Shown here: positions 26,786 through 36,073 of the stretch, piece by piece
How positions within the stretch are numbered: position 1 is the first letter of the stretch
Layout: each line of letters begins with the position of its first letter
Virus record (IMG/VR): IMGVR_UViG_3300033146_005596
Coordinates: 62,586-126,585 of that record
Source of the DNA: a virus
Direction: 5' to 3' (one strand)
Length of the DNA stretch: 64,000 nucleotides
The notes under the pieces: model-generated
Told to the model about the DNA's origin: nothing
The model's input: only the letters and a program-made list of their open reading frames with translations
The model's database searches: none
Program-made: the position numbers and the translations under genes

Positions 26786-28345
26786 CTATGAGAGCTCTGG
26801 AATACTGAAACTATACGTGTCCATGTTTTCTAAAATAAACCTAGTTGTTTTTACTTCTTGTAGACTTTTTCCATTTTTAGTATAATTAACAAGCCATAAA
26901 TGTTCTAAGTTACATTCAACTTTTTTTCCATTATCAAAAGTTATTTCATAGGCATCGTCAGTTCCCTCATAGGGTATACCTACTACAGGTGTAGTACCTA
27001 AAAAAGGATGAGTTATAGTATCCCCAAGTTTCAAGGCCCCTATTGGGACTTTGCCTTGTGGAGTTTCAACCAAAGTCTCAAGAACCAGAGCTTTTCCTGC
27101 ATCAAGGAAAAAGCTGATTTCACTGAGTACAATGCTGGCAAAGTTTATTCCTAATAATTTGCTAGGGTTAGTGACTATTTTTATATTAGCACCATTAGAG
27201 AAAGATAGCGCTGAGGAAGGAGCAGCTGTTGTCCAGTAAATTCTATTATCTCCTTTAGTGCCTTTATCATTTTTCCATTCAAAATCAAGTTTTCTCATTT
27301 TGTCCGCTGTCCGTACCCTTTCAAAATATGGTGACTGCGCTAAAATATTAAGGAACGGCTCTAGTAATAGCTCTGAGGTTTTTTCAATGGAGTATGAAAT
27401 AAAACCTTGTGCAATTATTGAAGCTGGTGATAAACCAAAATATTCTTTTGAATCTCGCATTAAAGATAAATGGGTAGTTATGTACAAAGTTATTAGGGTA
27501 GAAAGATATGAATTATGAGTTATTATATTATTTTCTAATACATATAGCCCCTCTTCTGAGTCAAGTGTGATACATTTTTGTTCTACAGGCGGAAGCTTTT
27601 TAATTCCTTTTAGTTTTACTTTACCCTTATAGTCTCCATTTTCTTGACCTATATCTGATGGAAATAAATAATGCAAATCTGGATTTTCAAGTATAAACTT
27701 AGTTTCTACATTTTCCCATGCTCTATAGCTATAAGACACTCTCCAGATGTGGTTAAGCCCACACTGTGCTGTTCTACTATCAGCAAACTCGAGTTCATAT
27801 ACATCTTTTTTACCTTGAGGGTGTTCAGCAATTACTTTAGCTGTACCTCCATTTGGGGTTACAACTGTATCTCCTACAGTTAATTCACCCATTGTTTTTA
27901 TTCCTGTTGGTATTTTAATTCTAGTATCTACTGGTTGTTCTTTACCAAAGCCTATGTGGGGATATAAAATTAAGTCCCTATACTCTGCACTATTGCTAAA
28001 AAATAGCTTAAATATATCTTTTATTCTTGGGTATGTACTCAAGATAGCTCTTCCTAAGTACTTCTCAGTTAAAAACTCCTCAGGTGTTGGTGGTTTACTT
28101 GTATATAGTATCTTCCAGCTATTCTGTACCAAATACGATTTCTGTACTTCATTCAATTCAGGGTTATTTAATAGGTAGTCTAGTGCTAATTGTACCTTCT
28201 CATTATTACCGTTTAATTTTTCTATAAAAGTAGGGTGCTCAGCAGCTTGTGCATCTCCCATTATTACATCAGTTAATAAGGAGGATAGCTCGTTCAATTC
28301 TTTCATTGAGTAAATTGTATTATTTTTTATATTTAAATCAACCAT
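26786..28345 (-). CDS. Terminase large subunit, N-terminal ATPase fragment with a mini-intein and IntN
   Basis: P..EEFL..KYLG, Walker A GFGK/S interrupted by an intein, Walker B-position IVLSE, and a C-terminal intein N-fragment. Confidence 0.9.
   Translation of the reverse strand: MVDLNIKNNTIYSMKELNELSSLLTDVIMGDAQAAEHPTFIEKLNGNNEKVQLALDYLLNNPELNEVQKSYLVQNSWKILYTSKPPTPEEFLTEKYLGRAILSTYPRIKDIFKLFFSNSAEYRDLILYPHIGFGKEQPVDTRIKIPTGIKTMGELTVGDTVVTPNGGTAKVIAEHPQGKKDVYELEFADSRTAQCGLNHIWRVSYSYRAWENVETKFILENPDLHYLFPSDIGQENGDYKGKVKLKGIKKLPPVEQKCITLDSEEGLYVLENNIITHNSYLSTLITLYITTHLSLMRDSKEYFGLSPASIIAQGFISYSIEKTSELLLEPFLNILAQSPYFERVRTADKMRKLDFEWKNDKGTKGDNRIYWTTAAPSSALSFSNGANIKIVTNPSKLLGINFASIVLSEISFFLDAGKALVLETLVETPQGKVPIGALKLGDTITHPFLGTTPVVGIPYEGTDDAYEITFDNGKKVECNLEHLWLVNYTKNGKSLQEVKTTRFILENMDTYSFSIPELS
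26789..27091 (-). mobile_element. Split class 3 intein, N-fragment (101 aa)
   Basis: Block A ALVLETLVETPQG...LKLGDTI (Ala1). Block B CNLEHLW. No C-terminal blocks before the stop. Confidence 0.88.
27512..27940 (-). mobile_element. Contiguous class 3 mini-intein (143 aa) in the Walker A motif
   Basis: EQPVDTRIKIPTG...CGLNHIW...QKCITL...IITHN/S. No endonuclease domain. Confidence 0.9.
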
Positions 28346-28399
28346 ATACTAATAAGTTCTTGTTGGTACCGGGCTTAAACTGGTACCAACTTATTAAAC

Positions 28400-28873
28400 A
28401 TGAAAGAAGCTGAAGTTAATAACATTATTAGAAAGAGTTTAGACTGGGGTTATAAAATTCCAGATGATGGAAGTTCAATGTCAATGGGTATAAAAAGACC
28501 TTTTGATGTATTTGGTATTATAGACGGGAGACCTATCTATATAGAATCCAAAGCTATGAATAAAATGCAGAGTTTTAATCTTGGTAAAATACGAGACCAC
28601 CAAATAAAAAGCCTAGTGGATATTAAGAAATTAAATCCAGATGCAATTTGTGGTATAGCTCTATCAGTTAATTGTGGACGTGCAAAGCATAGACTCTATC
28701 TTTGGACTGATGTTGAAGAAATTGCAAGACGTCGAGATAATAAAGAAAACTTTAAAAAAACTGAATTAGAAACTCTGGAAAACTATGTACTACGCAAAAA
28801 AACCACCTGCATAAATGGAGATGGTTACACAGTTAGCTGTCATAAATATGACATCAAAAGCTTAATTAGCTAA
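28400..28873 (+). CDS. PD-(D/E)xK nuclease, RecU-like Holliday junction resolvase
   Basis: KIPD, PFD.FG, YIESK and IRDHQI..L motifs. Confidence 0.75.
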   Translation: MKEAEVNNIIRKSLDWGYKIPDDGSSMSMGIKRPFDVFGIIDGRPIYIESKAMNKMQSFNLGKIRDHQIKSLVDIKKLNPDAICGIALSVNCGRAKHRLYLWTDVEEIARRRDNKENFKKTELETLENYVLRKKTTCINGDGYTVSCHKYDIKSLIS

Positions 28874-30406
28874 ATCATAATATTTCTGAAAAGCCAAGAG
28901 CTTAGCTTTGTGCTTATCAACTTCTTGCTCTATTTTATTCAAGCGTCTATCTAAGAAAGATTCTTGCTGAACAGACTTTTCTTCTTGGGCCTCTTCTGAG
29001 CTTACCTGTGGCTCTTTCGCTTTTTCAGGATTTTGCTCTACCTGCTCTGTATCGTCAGTTGGCTCCTCAGAAGCTTTTCCAGTTCTAAACTCTTCAATAA
29101 CCCTTTTATTTATAGGTAAGACCTCATTTATTGCTTCTTTAGAGAACTCTGAGCTTTTAGACCGGATTAAGACTTGTCCTGCTTCTAGCATTTTTCCATT
29201 GTACTCAAATGAAAATTGTACCAGTCTTGGGTCCAAGCCATATAACTCTTTTGAGCTATCAAACTTGGAATATAACTTTAAAATTTCGTTTCTGTTATCT
29301 ATCTTTTCATTACCAAACTTTGTACAAATAGCTACTGTAAAGAAAGTGCTTAGCTCATAGCCTTCTCCTTCTCTTAAAATAAGACTTCGTGAGTTCCCGT
29401 GTAAATCAAAGGTGATTGTTTCAGTATTAGTAGTATTGTTCAATAAGCGAACTAGTGCTGCTAAAAAAGATGAGTTTTTAGTTGATATGTCCTTCATATA
29501 CTCATCAATGAACTCTGGTATCAACTTAATAGGTGTGGCTGCTAATTCAGTTGTTTTATCCTTATCATTAAAATCATAGCCTCCATCACCTTCTTGCATA
29601 CCTAGAAAACTCAAGCCTGTTATATGAGATATTACTTTACTTAATGATTTCTGCATATAATAGTCTTTTAATAAAAAGCTATGAATTGATTTTCTTGCGG
29701 ACTCTTTTGCTTTATAGCTAATTGCTAATGCGTTAAACTGTTGCTCTCTTGAAGCTGCTGCTCTTGTAAATGAAAATATATACTGGAGGATTGATTCCTT
29801 AAAACCTTCCTCTTTTTGTTCATCATTAGCTTGTGGTAAGAAATACATCTCAACTAGAGGTCCATGCCCAAACTTAATTGCATCTGTCAATAGCAGGTCA
29901 TATATTTTAAATGATTTTTGGTTAGTGCTTTGAGTTTCTTTTTGTTCTGGCTGCTCATCAGCTTCTTGTACTTTGGTACCATTGTTTCTTTGTGCTTTTT
30001 CAGCATTGGCCTTTGCTTTTTTCCTATTTTCTGGGTCTGAAAGCAAAGGATTTATTTTAAATTTACCATTTTTATATTCTGTGTGTACTTTTTGAAAAGT
30101 CCCTATATTTAGCTGTTGAGTGTCTGTTTGAGACAAGGCTTTTTTATAAATCTCACTTAGGATATATAATCTTATTCCTACATCTGCATCGTTTTTTAAA
30201 TTCAGAGGGTCATCATTAGTGGATAGTTTTTTCCAGGCGTCCATTAACTCTTTATATAAAGTCAAAAAATCACCATCATAACCATGCAAAGCAGCAACGG
30301 CACCAATTATTTCCTTAAAGCTTACTATAGAGCCTTTGGGAATACTGATGCCATTAACTGTGGTTGTTCTTTCTAAATAAATACATCTTTCTACAAATCT
30401 TTTCAT
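28862..30406 (-). CDS. Hypothetical late protein, candidate internal head protein
   Basis: Leaderless late motif. MKRFVE start and KVQE/QQES motifs. Confidence 0.5.
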   Translation of the reverse strand: MKRFVERCIYLERTTTVNGISIPKGSIVSFKEIIGAVAALHGYDGDFLTLYKELMDAWKKLSTNDDPLNLKNDADVGIRLYILSEIYKKALSQTDTQQLNIGTFQKVHTEYKNGKFKINPLLSDPENRKKAKANAEKAQRNNGTKVQEADEQPEQKETQSTNQKSFKIYDLLLTDAIKFGHGPLVEMYFLPQANDEQKEEGFKESILQYIFSFTRAAASREQQFNALAISYKAKESARKSIHSFLLKDYYMQKSLSKVISHITGLSFLGMQEGDGGYDFNDKDKTTELAATPIKLIPEFIDEYMKDISTKNSSFLAALVRLLNNTTNTETITFDLHGNSRSLILREGEGYELSTFFTVAICTKFGNEKIDNRNEILKLYSKFDSSKELYGLDPRLVQFSFEYNGKMLEAGQVLIRSKSSEFSKEAINEVLPINKRVIEEFRTGKASEEPTDDTEQVEQNPEKAKEPQVSSEEAQEEKSVQQESFLDRRLNKIEQEVDKHKAKLLAFQKYYDLAN

Positions 30407-30421
30407 ATTTAATTAGTCGTT

Positions 30422-30976
30422 TTATTTGGGTGTATTATAAATCGTACTTATTTCAGCCTGAATATTCTTAGATAAAGTATTAAGGGTAAAGCTATGAGAC
30501 TCCCAGCTTGTTAGTAACCTCCTAAAAAAAGCAACTCTTAATTCTGCATCATTTAATGATTCTCTTTTCTTACCATACAAATCAGCTTTTCTAGCTATTA
30601 AAGAATACTCTATCTCTTTAGCTGAGTACCACTTAGTTGCAGTAACATTTCTAGGATTTAGCCTATCTCTCTCTTTTATAAACTCTTCAGCATACCAACG
30701 TTTATATGCTTCTTTCTCAATTACTAGCTCATTTTTAGCAAGGTTATACATTGAGATAAGACCTAGCTGTATTGAGCTATATTTCATCAAAGCATTGTTA
30801 ACTTGATTAAAATTTAAGTTTGAAGCATTACCCATCATAAGATGTTTTTTCATCATTACAATTTGTTGTTCAACAAACTCAGCAAAAGATTCTCTGTCCA
30901 GTTCTTTATGTGGATTGTCTGGGTCAAAGCTTTTGAACTCATCAACCTCTTCCTTTATCTCTCTTGTTGGTACCAT
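30422..30976 (-). CDS. Helical protein, possibly a UvsY-like recombination mediator
   Basis: All-helical pattern, co-transcribed with the sigma gene. Family assignment is an inference. Confidence 0.35.
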   Translation of the reverse strand: MVPTREIKEEVDEFKSFDPDNPHKELDRESFAEFVEQQIVMMKKHLMMGNASNLNFNQVNNALMKYSSIQLGLISMYNLAKNELVIEKEAYKRWYAEEFIKERDRLNPRNVTATKWYSAKEIEYSLIARKADLYGKKRESLNDAELRVAFFRRLLTSWESHSFTLNTLSKNIQAEISTIYNTPK

Positions 30977-30979
30977 TTT

Positions 30980-31591
30980 CTAGCTCTCCTTTAGCAAAAC
31001 TTTGATTTTATCACGAACCCTATACACTTGATGATAGGTTAATCCTGTGATGTCCATAATGTCTATAGTAGCATAACCATCTGCAATGTAGTTCGCAACT
31101 TGGTTTTCAACATCTGATAATTTTGTGCCTAAGGACCTAACTGCAGAAATCTTATCTAGCATTTCACTGCTGTGATAGACACGTTCATCAATTAGTACTA
31201 TTGTACCTTCTACATCAACTGCATCATTTCCTTTATCAAATAGGCCTTGGTATGATGTTTCATTTGAGGATTTTTCAATTAAGTCACTAGTAGTATAATT
31301 TCTGAGATTTCTAATATAATAGATAAACTTAGTGTAAAAACTCCAGTTATCATCATATATTATATCCAGATTTACATGGTCCACACAGTTTGCAAGGCTA
31401 ATATAAGCCTCTTGAAAAAACTCATCCCTGTCGTACTGAATGACCTTTATCATCTTATAGTAGTACTTATTTATTAAAGGTGTATACCTATTATAAAGTA
31501 CCTCTAAAGCTTGTGTCTGAGCAGATGGACTTCCTGAGAGCTTAATTATTGTGACTAGCTCCCTGTCACTTGAATCTTTTAGTTGTTGCAT
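30980..31591 (-). CDS. RNA polymerase sigma factor (sigma70/ECF-like)
   Basis: Region 2 LYNRY.PLI...DEFFQEAYISL...FYT and region 4 LSDVE.QV...GY...DI...TG....V. Confidence 0.82.
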   Translation of the reverse strand: MQQLKDSSDRELVTIIKLSGSPSAQTQALEVLYNRYTPLINKYYYKMIKVIQYDRDEFFQEAYISLANCVDHVNLDIIYDDNWSFYTKFIYYIRNLRNYTTSDLIEKSSNETSYQGLFDKGNDAVDVEGTIVLIDERVYHSSEMLDKISAVRSLGTKLSDVENQVANYIADGYATIDIMDITGLTYHQVYRVRDKIKVLLKES

Positions 31592-31644
31592 ATCATATGT
31601 GCCTCCTATTATAATATAACAGGAGATTATATAACTGCGTAGTT

Positions 31645-33576
31645 TTAATGTTGAAAGTTTCTATAAGAAAATGTTGGTCTATCCACTAGTTTGATTAGCT
31701 CACCATTATAGGCTAAAACAAACCCTTCTCCTGTTGTCCTCTTACCTTTGTACTTATGCACAAAATAATTAACTTCGGCAAGGGTATTCATATAATCTAT
31801 TATCATGGTTTTATTTTCAAAAATAGCTCTTAGAAATACATCGTATAAGGTTATAATTTCATCTTTATTTGTTTCCACAATTTTGACAATAGCTTTAGAA
31901 GGAAGTTTGTCCTCTATTCGTGATTCTATTGTATCCATTACGTTTATGTCATATTCATTATTATTGGTGAAAAATCCATTACGTACAAGTTTATTAGTAA
32001 TAAGCTCGAAAAAAGCTCCATAGCTCTTAGCTTTTGTTATGTCTTGTAGCAAGTATCTAATATTTCCGAATTCTTTTCTTATTGTATCAAGGTTCATTTT
32101 AAAGGCTGTATTATCTTCAGGGGTAAAGCCTAAGCCCCCAACCTGTAAAACTTTAGTCGGTGCAATATAAGTCTTATCTGGTGTTGTATACAAGCTCTCA
32201 TCTAATTCGGAACTAACATTGTTTCTGGCCTCTTCAATAGTACTTCCTGTCATTTTTGTATGAAGCACAAGCCCAAAATCAGCATTATCAATTTCTTTAT
32301 ATAACTTTGGGTTATTCTCTTTGTCTACAGAGTAGGTTAGAGTGTTTGGGGTAAACTCTATAGTAGTCTCACCATACTCTTTTGAGGTACTATCAAATAG
32401 GTAATCTCCTTTTAAAATAGTATCTGGTTTTATATGCATATTCTTACAAACATCAAGAGCTTTTGACATTATTCTTATCATTTCATCTAGGCCATTGTAC
32501 TTCTCTTCAATTTGCTCTTTAGTGGTAAAGTATAACGGTTCTTTTTTATGTAAGCCTTGCCTTGTACAAATAGCTGGACCTTGAGCGTTACCAATCTTGG
32601 ACCACATCAATAAAGCTGGACTTCCATCAATTTTCACAGTTGTGCTAATCTTTTCTCCAACCTGAGCATCATCTAAAAAATGCTCAAATAGTTCTAAAAT
32701 ATCCGCAATAGACCCAGATGAAAATAAGCCTTGTTCTGGATGGCTAATATGCCCAGCTATTGAAGCTTCTGATAATTTATTAAGCTCTTCTGGAATTTCC
32801 CAACCTTTTTTGTTATAAAAGAAAATTAGAAAGCTAGTTAGTTCCTGATATTGCTCTTTATTAAAATTATCTCTTGCAACTTCTAATGTTTGTTCTAGTG
32901 AGTGTAATATTGATTCCATTTTAAAGTTGGTACCAAGAAAATTAGGTGATGCACTTATTACTTTTTCTAAACCAGCCCAATTTGTATAACCACTAATATT
33001 CCAACGTTTTGATTTTTGAGTAGTAGACCTAGCCTTACGGACAGCTCCTTTATTGTTATCCACTATATAATACGATATTGTGTCTTCGTCTTCTACTCGA
33101 TATGTAGCTAGACGTATTATATAGAGTAATGCAAATTTATTGTATAGGCTTGGATACTTTGAGTTGACCGGGTCAGAGCTATAAAAGGCTGTTTTCATCC
33201 AGTTAAGAGTCTGGTTTATTGCTAACATTAAATCAATCTGTACCAGCTTGTCTGTTCTGAGGCCTTTATGATATTGGGGATAAGCTATGGATACCAGAGA
33301 TAAACCCTTCATACCTTTATAGGCATATCCAGATTCTTCTGCTATTTTCAAGACATCATCATAAGTTGTACCATCTTCTATATCTAGGCCTATATCTAAG
33401 TCACCTTTAGACTCTTTTGAATTATCTGGAGAGCTCGAACCTAAAAAAGCATATTCTTTATATGATATTTTAGATAAGATTTCTTTCTTAAAAATTTCAA
33501 ATGTTTCAATAATATCTTCTCTATTTATTCTGTCTACAGCACCAACTGCCTTTCCGCTTTCTTGTAATACTTTCAT
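31645..33576 (-). CDS. Fusion of a Pol-beta-type nucleotidyltransferase and a ligase-like (DUF6267-type) domain
   Basis: N-terminal LGSS...GDLDI...QIDLM. C-terminal HISHPE, VKIDGSPA, GDYLF, FTPNT, GEGFV and KLVDR. Confidence 0.75.
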   Translation of the reverse strand: MKVLQESGKAVGAVDRINREDIIETFEIFKKEILSKISYKEYAFLGSSSPDNSKESKGDLDIGLDIEDGTTYDDVLKIAEESGYAYKGMKGLSLVSIAYPQYHKGLRTDKLVQIDLMLAINQTLNWMKTAFYSSDPVNSKYPSLYNKFALLYIIRLATYRVEDEDTISYYIVDNNKGAVRKARSTTQKSKRWNISGYTNWAGLEKVISASPNFLGTNFKMESILHSLEQTLEVARDNFNKEQYQELTSFLIFFYNKKGWEIPEELNKLSEASIAGHISHPEQGLFSSGSIADILELFEHFLDDAQVGEKISTTVKIDGSPALLMWSKIGNAQGPAICTRQGLHKKEPLYFTTKEQIEEKYNGLDEMIRIMSKALDVCKNMHIKPDTILKGDYLFDSTSKEYGETTIEFTPNTLTYSVDKENNPKLYKEIDNADFGLVLHTKMTGSTIEEARNNVSSELDESLYTTPDKTYIAPTKVLQVGGLGFTPEDNTAFKMNLDTIRKEFGNIRYLLQDITKAKSYGAFFELITNKLVRNGFFTNNNEYDINVMDTIESRIEDKLPSKAIVKIVETNKDEIITLYDVFLRAIFENKTMIIDYMNTLAEVNYFVHKYKGKRTTGEGFVLAYNGELIKLVDRPTFSYRNFQH

Positions 33577-33647
33577 ACTTAATTAGTTATTTTATTAAAA
33601 ATACCCTTTGGAGCCTTATTATAATAGGATAGGAGATTGATAAAAAT

Positions 33648-35669
33648 ATGAATTTTGGTGTAAACACAGGTATTAGTAAAAAGCAGATTAACAATGTTAC
33701 AAGCAAAAGTAATGTTCTGTATGATAATTTAAGTGATAATGGGATTATTATATATTGTGATTATTTCTATAATAAACATGAGCTAAAAATAATCAGAAGT
33801 TTCATGACAGCTTCTGAAGTGGAAAATTATGCTGTAGTTGTAGCTAGTGTTTTGGATTTTAATCCAGATGATAATTTAACAGCAGGTAAAATAAAAACAT
33901 ATAGAAACTCAAGGTATAAGCTTGATGGCTATTTTAAAAAGTTCAGAGGCCTTAGGATTATAACAGTAGGAGCAGCACTATATACTATTTCACCAGACTT
34001 AATGATTAAAGGGTTCACAAATATTGGATTCACTAACTCATATTTTTATGCTTCTGAGTTTAAGTGCAATGTATACCCCTCATTTGGTTTTTATGATTTT
34101 ATAGGCTCAACAGTTTTAAAAAGCTCAAGAGCTCCTTATGCAAAAACTTGGAAATTAAACTTTTTTTATTACCAAGTAAAGATGGCAAAAGAACAGCAGT
34201 TGTATAGAAGGGAGTTAAAACCTATTATTCAGACAGTTAATAGCAAAGAGGATTATATAAAAATAATACAAAATGAGATTGATAGAGGTACTGAGTATGT
34301 TGCTTGGGATTTAGAGACTTCTGGGTTTGACTTCAGGACTGATAAGCTTGGTTGTATAACTCTTTCATTTGATGGTACTATTGGCTATTTTGTTGAGTCA
34401 AAGTATATAGACAAGGAAGTCACAAGTCTTATGTTTGACTGTATGAAACAAATTGGTGCTAACCTAAAGTTTGACTATAAGTTCATGAAAGAACAGATGG
34501 GAGTTGATTCAGTACGTGTTGATGATGATATTATTCAGTTGGGTCATGTGTTAAACGAGATTAGAAACAAAGGTTTGAAATCAGTTGCTTGGGAATATAC
34601 AAATTTTGGGGGCTATGATTCAGGTCTTGATGACTATGTTGAAAAAACTAAAACTAAAAATTACCTAAAGATTCCAACAGATATATTAAAAGAGTATGCA
34701 ACAATGGATGCTATTATAACATATCGAATTTTTATGGAAATGAAAAAGCAATGTGAAATGTTAGACCGAAAATATAGAAATAAATATGCAGAGTCTTGGA
34801 CTATGTGGAGATACTATCACGAGATTATGATGCCTGCTGTAAATACATTTGCTAGTGCTGAATATCATGGTATTGTTATTGATAAGGAAGAACTTGATAA
34901 GTCTGCTATAGCTATGAAAAACTTGTTGAATGAAAGTCTTGATGCTATATCTACAAAGATTGGAATACCAAAATCAGATATTGGCTCACCTACTAAGCTT
35001 GGAAAATTTTTAGAAAAAGCTGGCTGGGAAAATCTTGGTACCAATAAAAGGGGTATTTACCAAACAGGGGATGAGCAATTAGCTGCTTGGGCAACTATTT
35101 ATAAAAGAGATGGTGCTGCTGAGCTTAGAGAGTATCGCTCTAGAGAAACAGCTTATAATATGTTCATTGGTAGTGATGAAGATGGTAAAGGCTGGAGAAA
35201 GTTTCTAAAGTTTAATAAAAATGTTAATGAGTATACAGTACACCCAACTTATGCACTAATGCTAGCAAACTCTGGAAGAGGAAAATGCTCAAGACCAAAT
35301 TTCCAACAAGGAATGAGTGGTTCTCCTTATGCTAAATATCAAAAAAGAATAATCTCAGTACCTAAGAATATGAAGATGATGAGTATTGACTATTCTGGCT
35401 TGCAGCTAAGAATTGCAGGTATTTTAGGAAAAGAGAAAAGTGTTGTTGATTTGTTCTCAGACCCAAAAGTAAAAAGAACCGCGGATATACATTCTAGAAC
35501 TGGGTTTCAGGTATTTGCTTCTAATAAAACATTTAATGTTACTGAGTATCATGTAACTGATGAAAAGGGTTTACGCTATACTCTGTTATCTGAACAAACA
35601 GTAGAGACACAAAGAGGACGTGTTAAAGCTAAAGATTTAAAAGAAACAGATACAATTAAAAGTATTTAA
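33648..35669 (+). CDS. polA: Family A DNA polymerase, N-terminal fragment (lacks motifs B and C)
   Basis: Degenerate UDG-like N-domain, 3'-5' exonuclease (DLETSG, NLKFD, YATMDA), SGR...PNFQQ, motif A DYSGLQLR, DIH. Ends in a Hint-like tail. Confidence 0.9.
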   Translation: MNFGVNTGISKKQINNVTSKSNVLYDNLSDNGIIIYCDYFYNKHELKIIRSFMTASEVENYAVVVASVLDFNPDDNLTAGKIKTYRNSRYKLDGYFKKFRGLRIITVGAALYTISPDLMIKGFTNIGFTNSYFYASEFKCNVYPSFGFYDFIGSTVLKSSRAPYAKTWKLNFFYYQVKMAKEQQLYRRELKPIIQTVNSKEDYIKIIQNEIDRGTEYVAWDLETSGFDFRTDKLGCITLSFDGTIGYFVESKYIDKEVTSLMFDCMKQIGANLKFDYKFMKEQMGVDSVRVDDDIIQLGHVLNEIRNKGLKSVAWEYTNFGGYDSGLDDYVEKTKTKNYLKIPTDILKEYATMDAIITYRIFMEMKKQCEMLDRKYRNKYAESWTMWRYYHEIMMPAVNTFASAEYHGIVIDKEELDKSAIAMKNLLNESLDAISTKIGIPKSDIGSPTKLGKFLEKAGWENLGTNKRGIYQTGDEQLAAWATIYKRDGAAELREYRSRETAYNMFIGSDEDGKGWRKFLKFNKNVNEYTVHPTYALMLANSGRGKCSRPNFQQGMSGSPYAKYQKRIISVPKNMKMMSIDYSGLQLRIAGILGKEKSVVDLFSDPKVKRTADIHSRTGFQVFASNKTFNVTEYHVTDEKGLRYTLLSEQTVETQRGRVKAKDLKETDTIKSI

Positions 35670-35683
35670 AGGACTTATTAGAA

Positions 35684-35842
35684 ATGTTATTATATAAAAT
35701 TATAGAATTAAGTATTACAATAATTGGTATTGTTGTTTTAATTGGCACCGTTTCCGGTGCCATTTATTTAGTGTCTAAATCAACAAGGGACTTAGCACAA
35801 GATGAGTATGAGAGGGAAAACTCATACTGGTATGATGGGTAG
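35684..35842 (+). CDS. 52-aa single-TM protein (not in the ORF track)
   Basis: ACTTATTA-GAA-ATG start and a hydrophobic N-half. Confidence 0.5.
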   Translation: MLLYKIIELSITIIGIVVLIGTVSGAIYLVSKSTRDLAQDEYERENSYWYDG

Positions 35843-36073
35843 TATAGACCATATGTGAGAAAGATACTATCTTTAGCATACGTTCTATAAATATTTTTAA
35901 GAAAGTTTAATACAGCTTTTGTTCCCTTTTGAGGAGTCCACGTTTTACTACAGCTATGAATTTCTTATTATTTATACTCATCTAATTTTCATATTTAATA
36001 AATATATTTATTAAAAAAAGCAAGATTCACCTTATTATAATAATATAGACTAATTAAAAACAGGAGAAGAATA

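Noticed and set aside
35667-36073. Stop-codon reassignment or a group I intron explaining the polA truncation
   Set aside because: The stop is TAA, no polymerase motifs follow downstream, no intron core is visible, and TAG/TGA end many intact genes, so the standard code fits.
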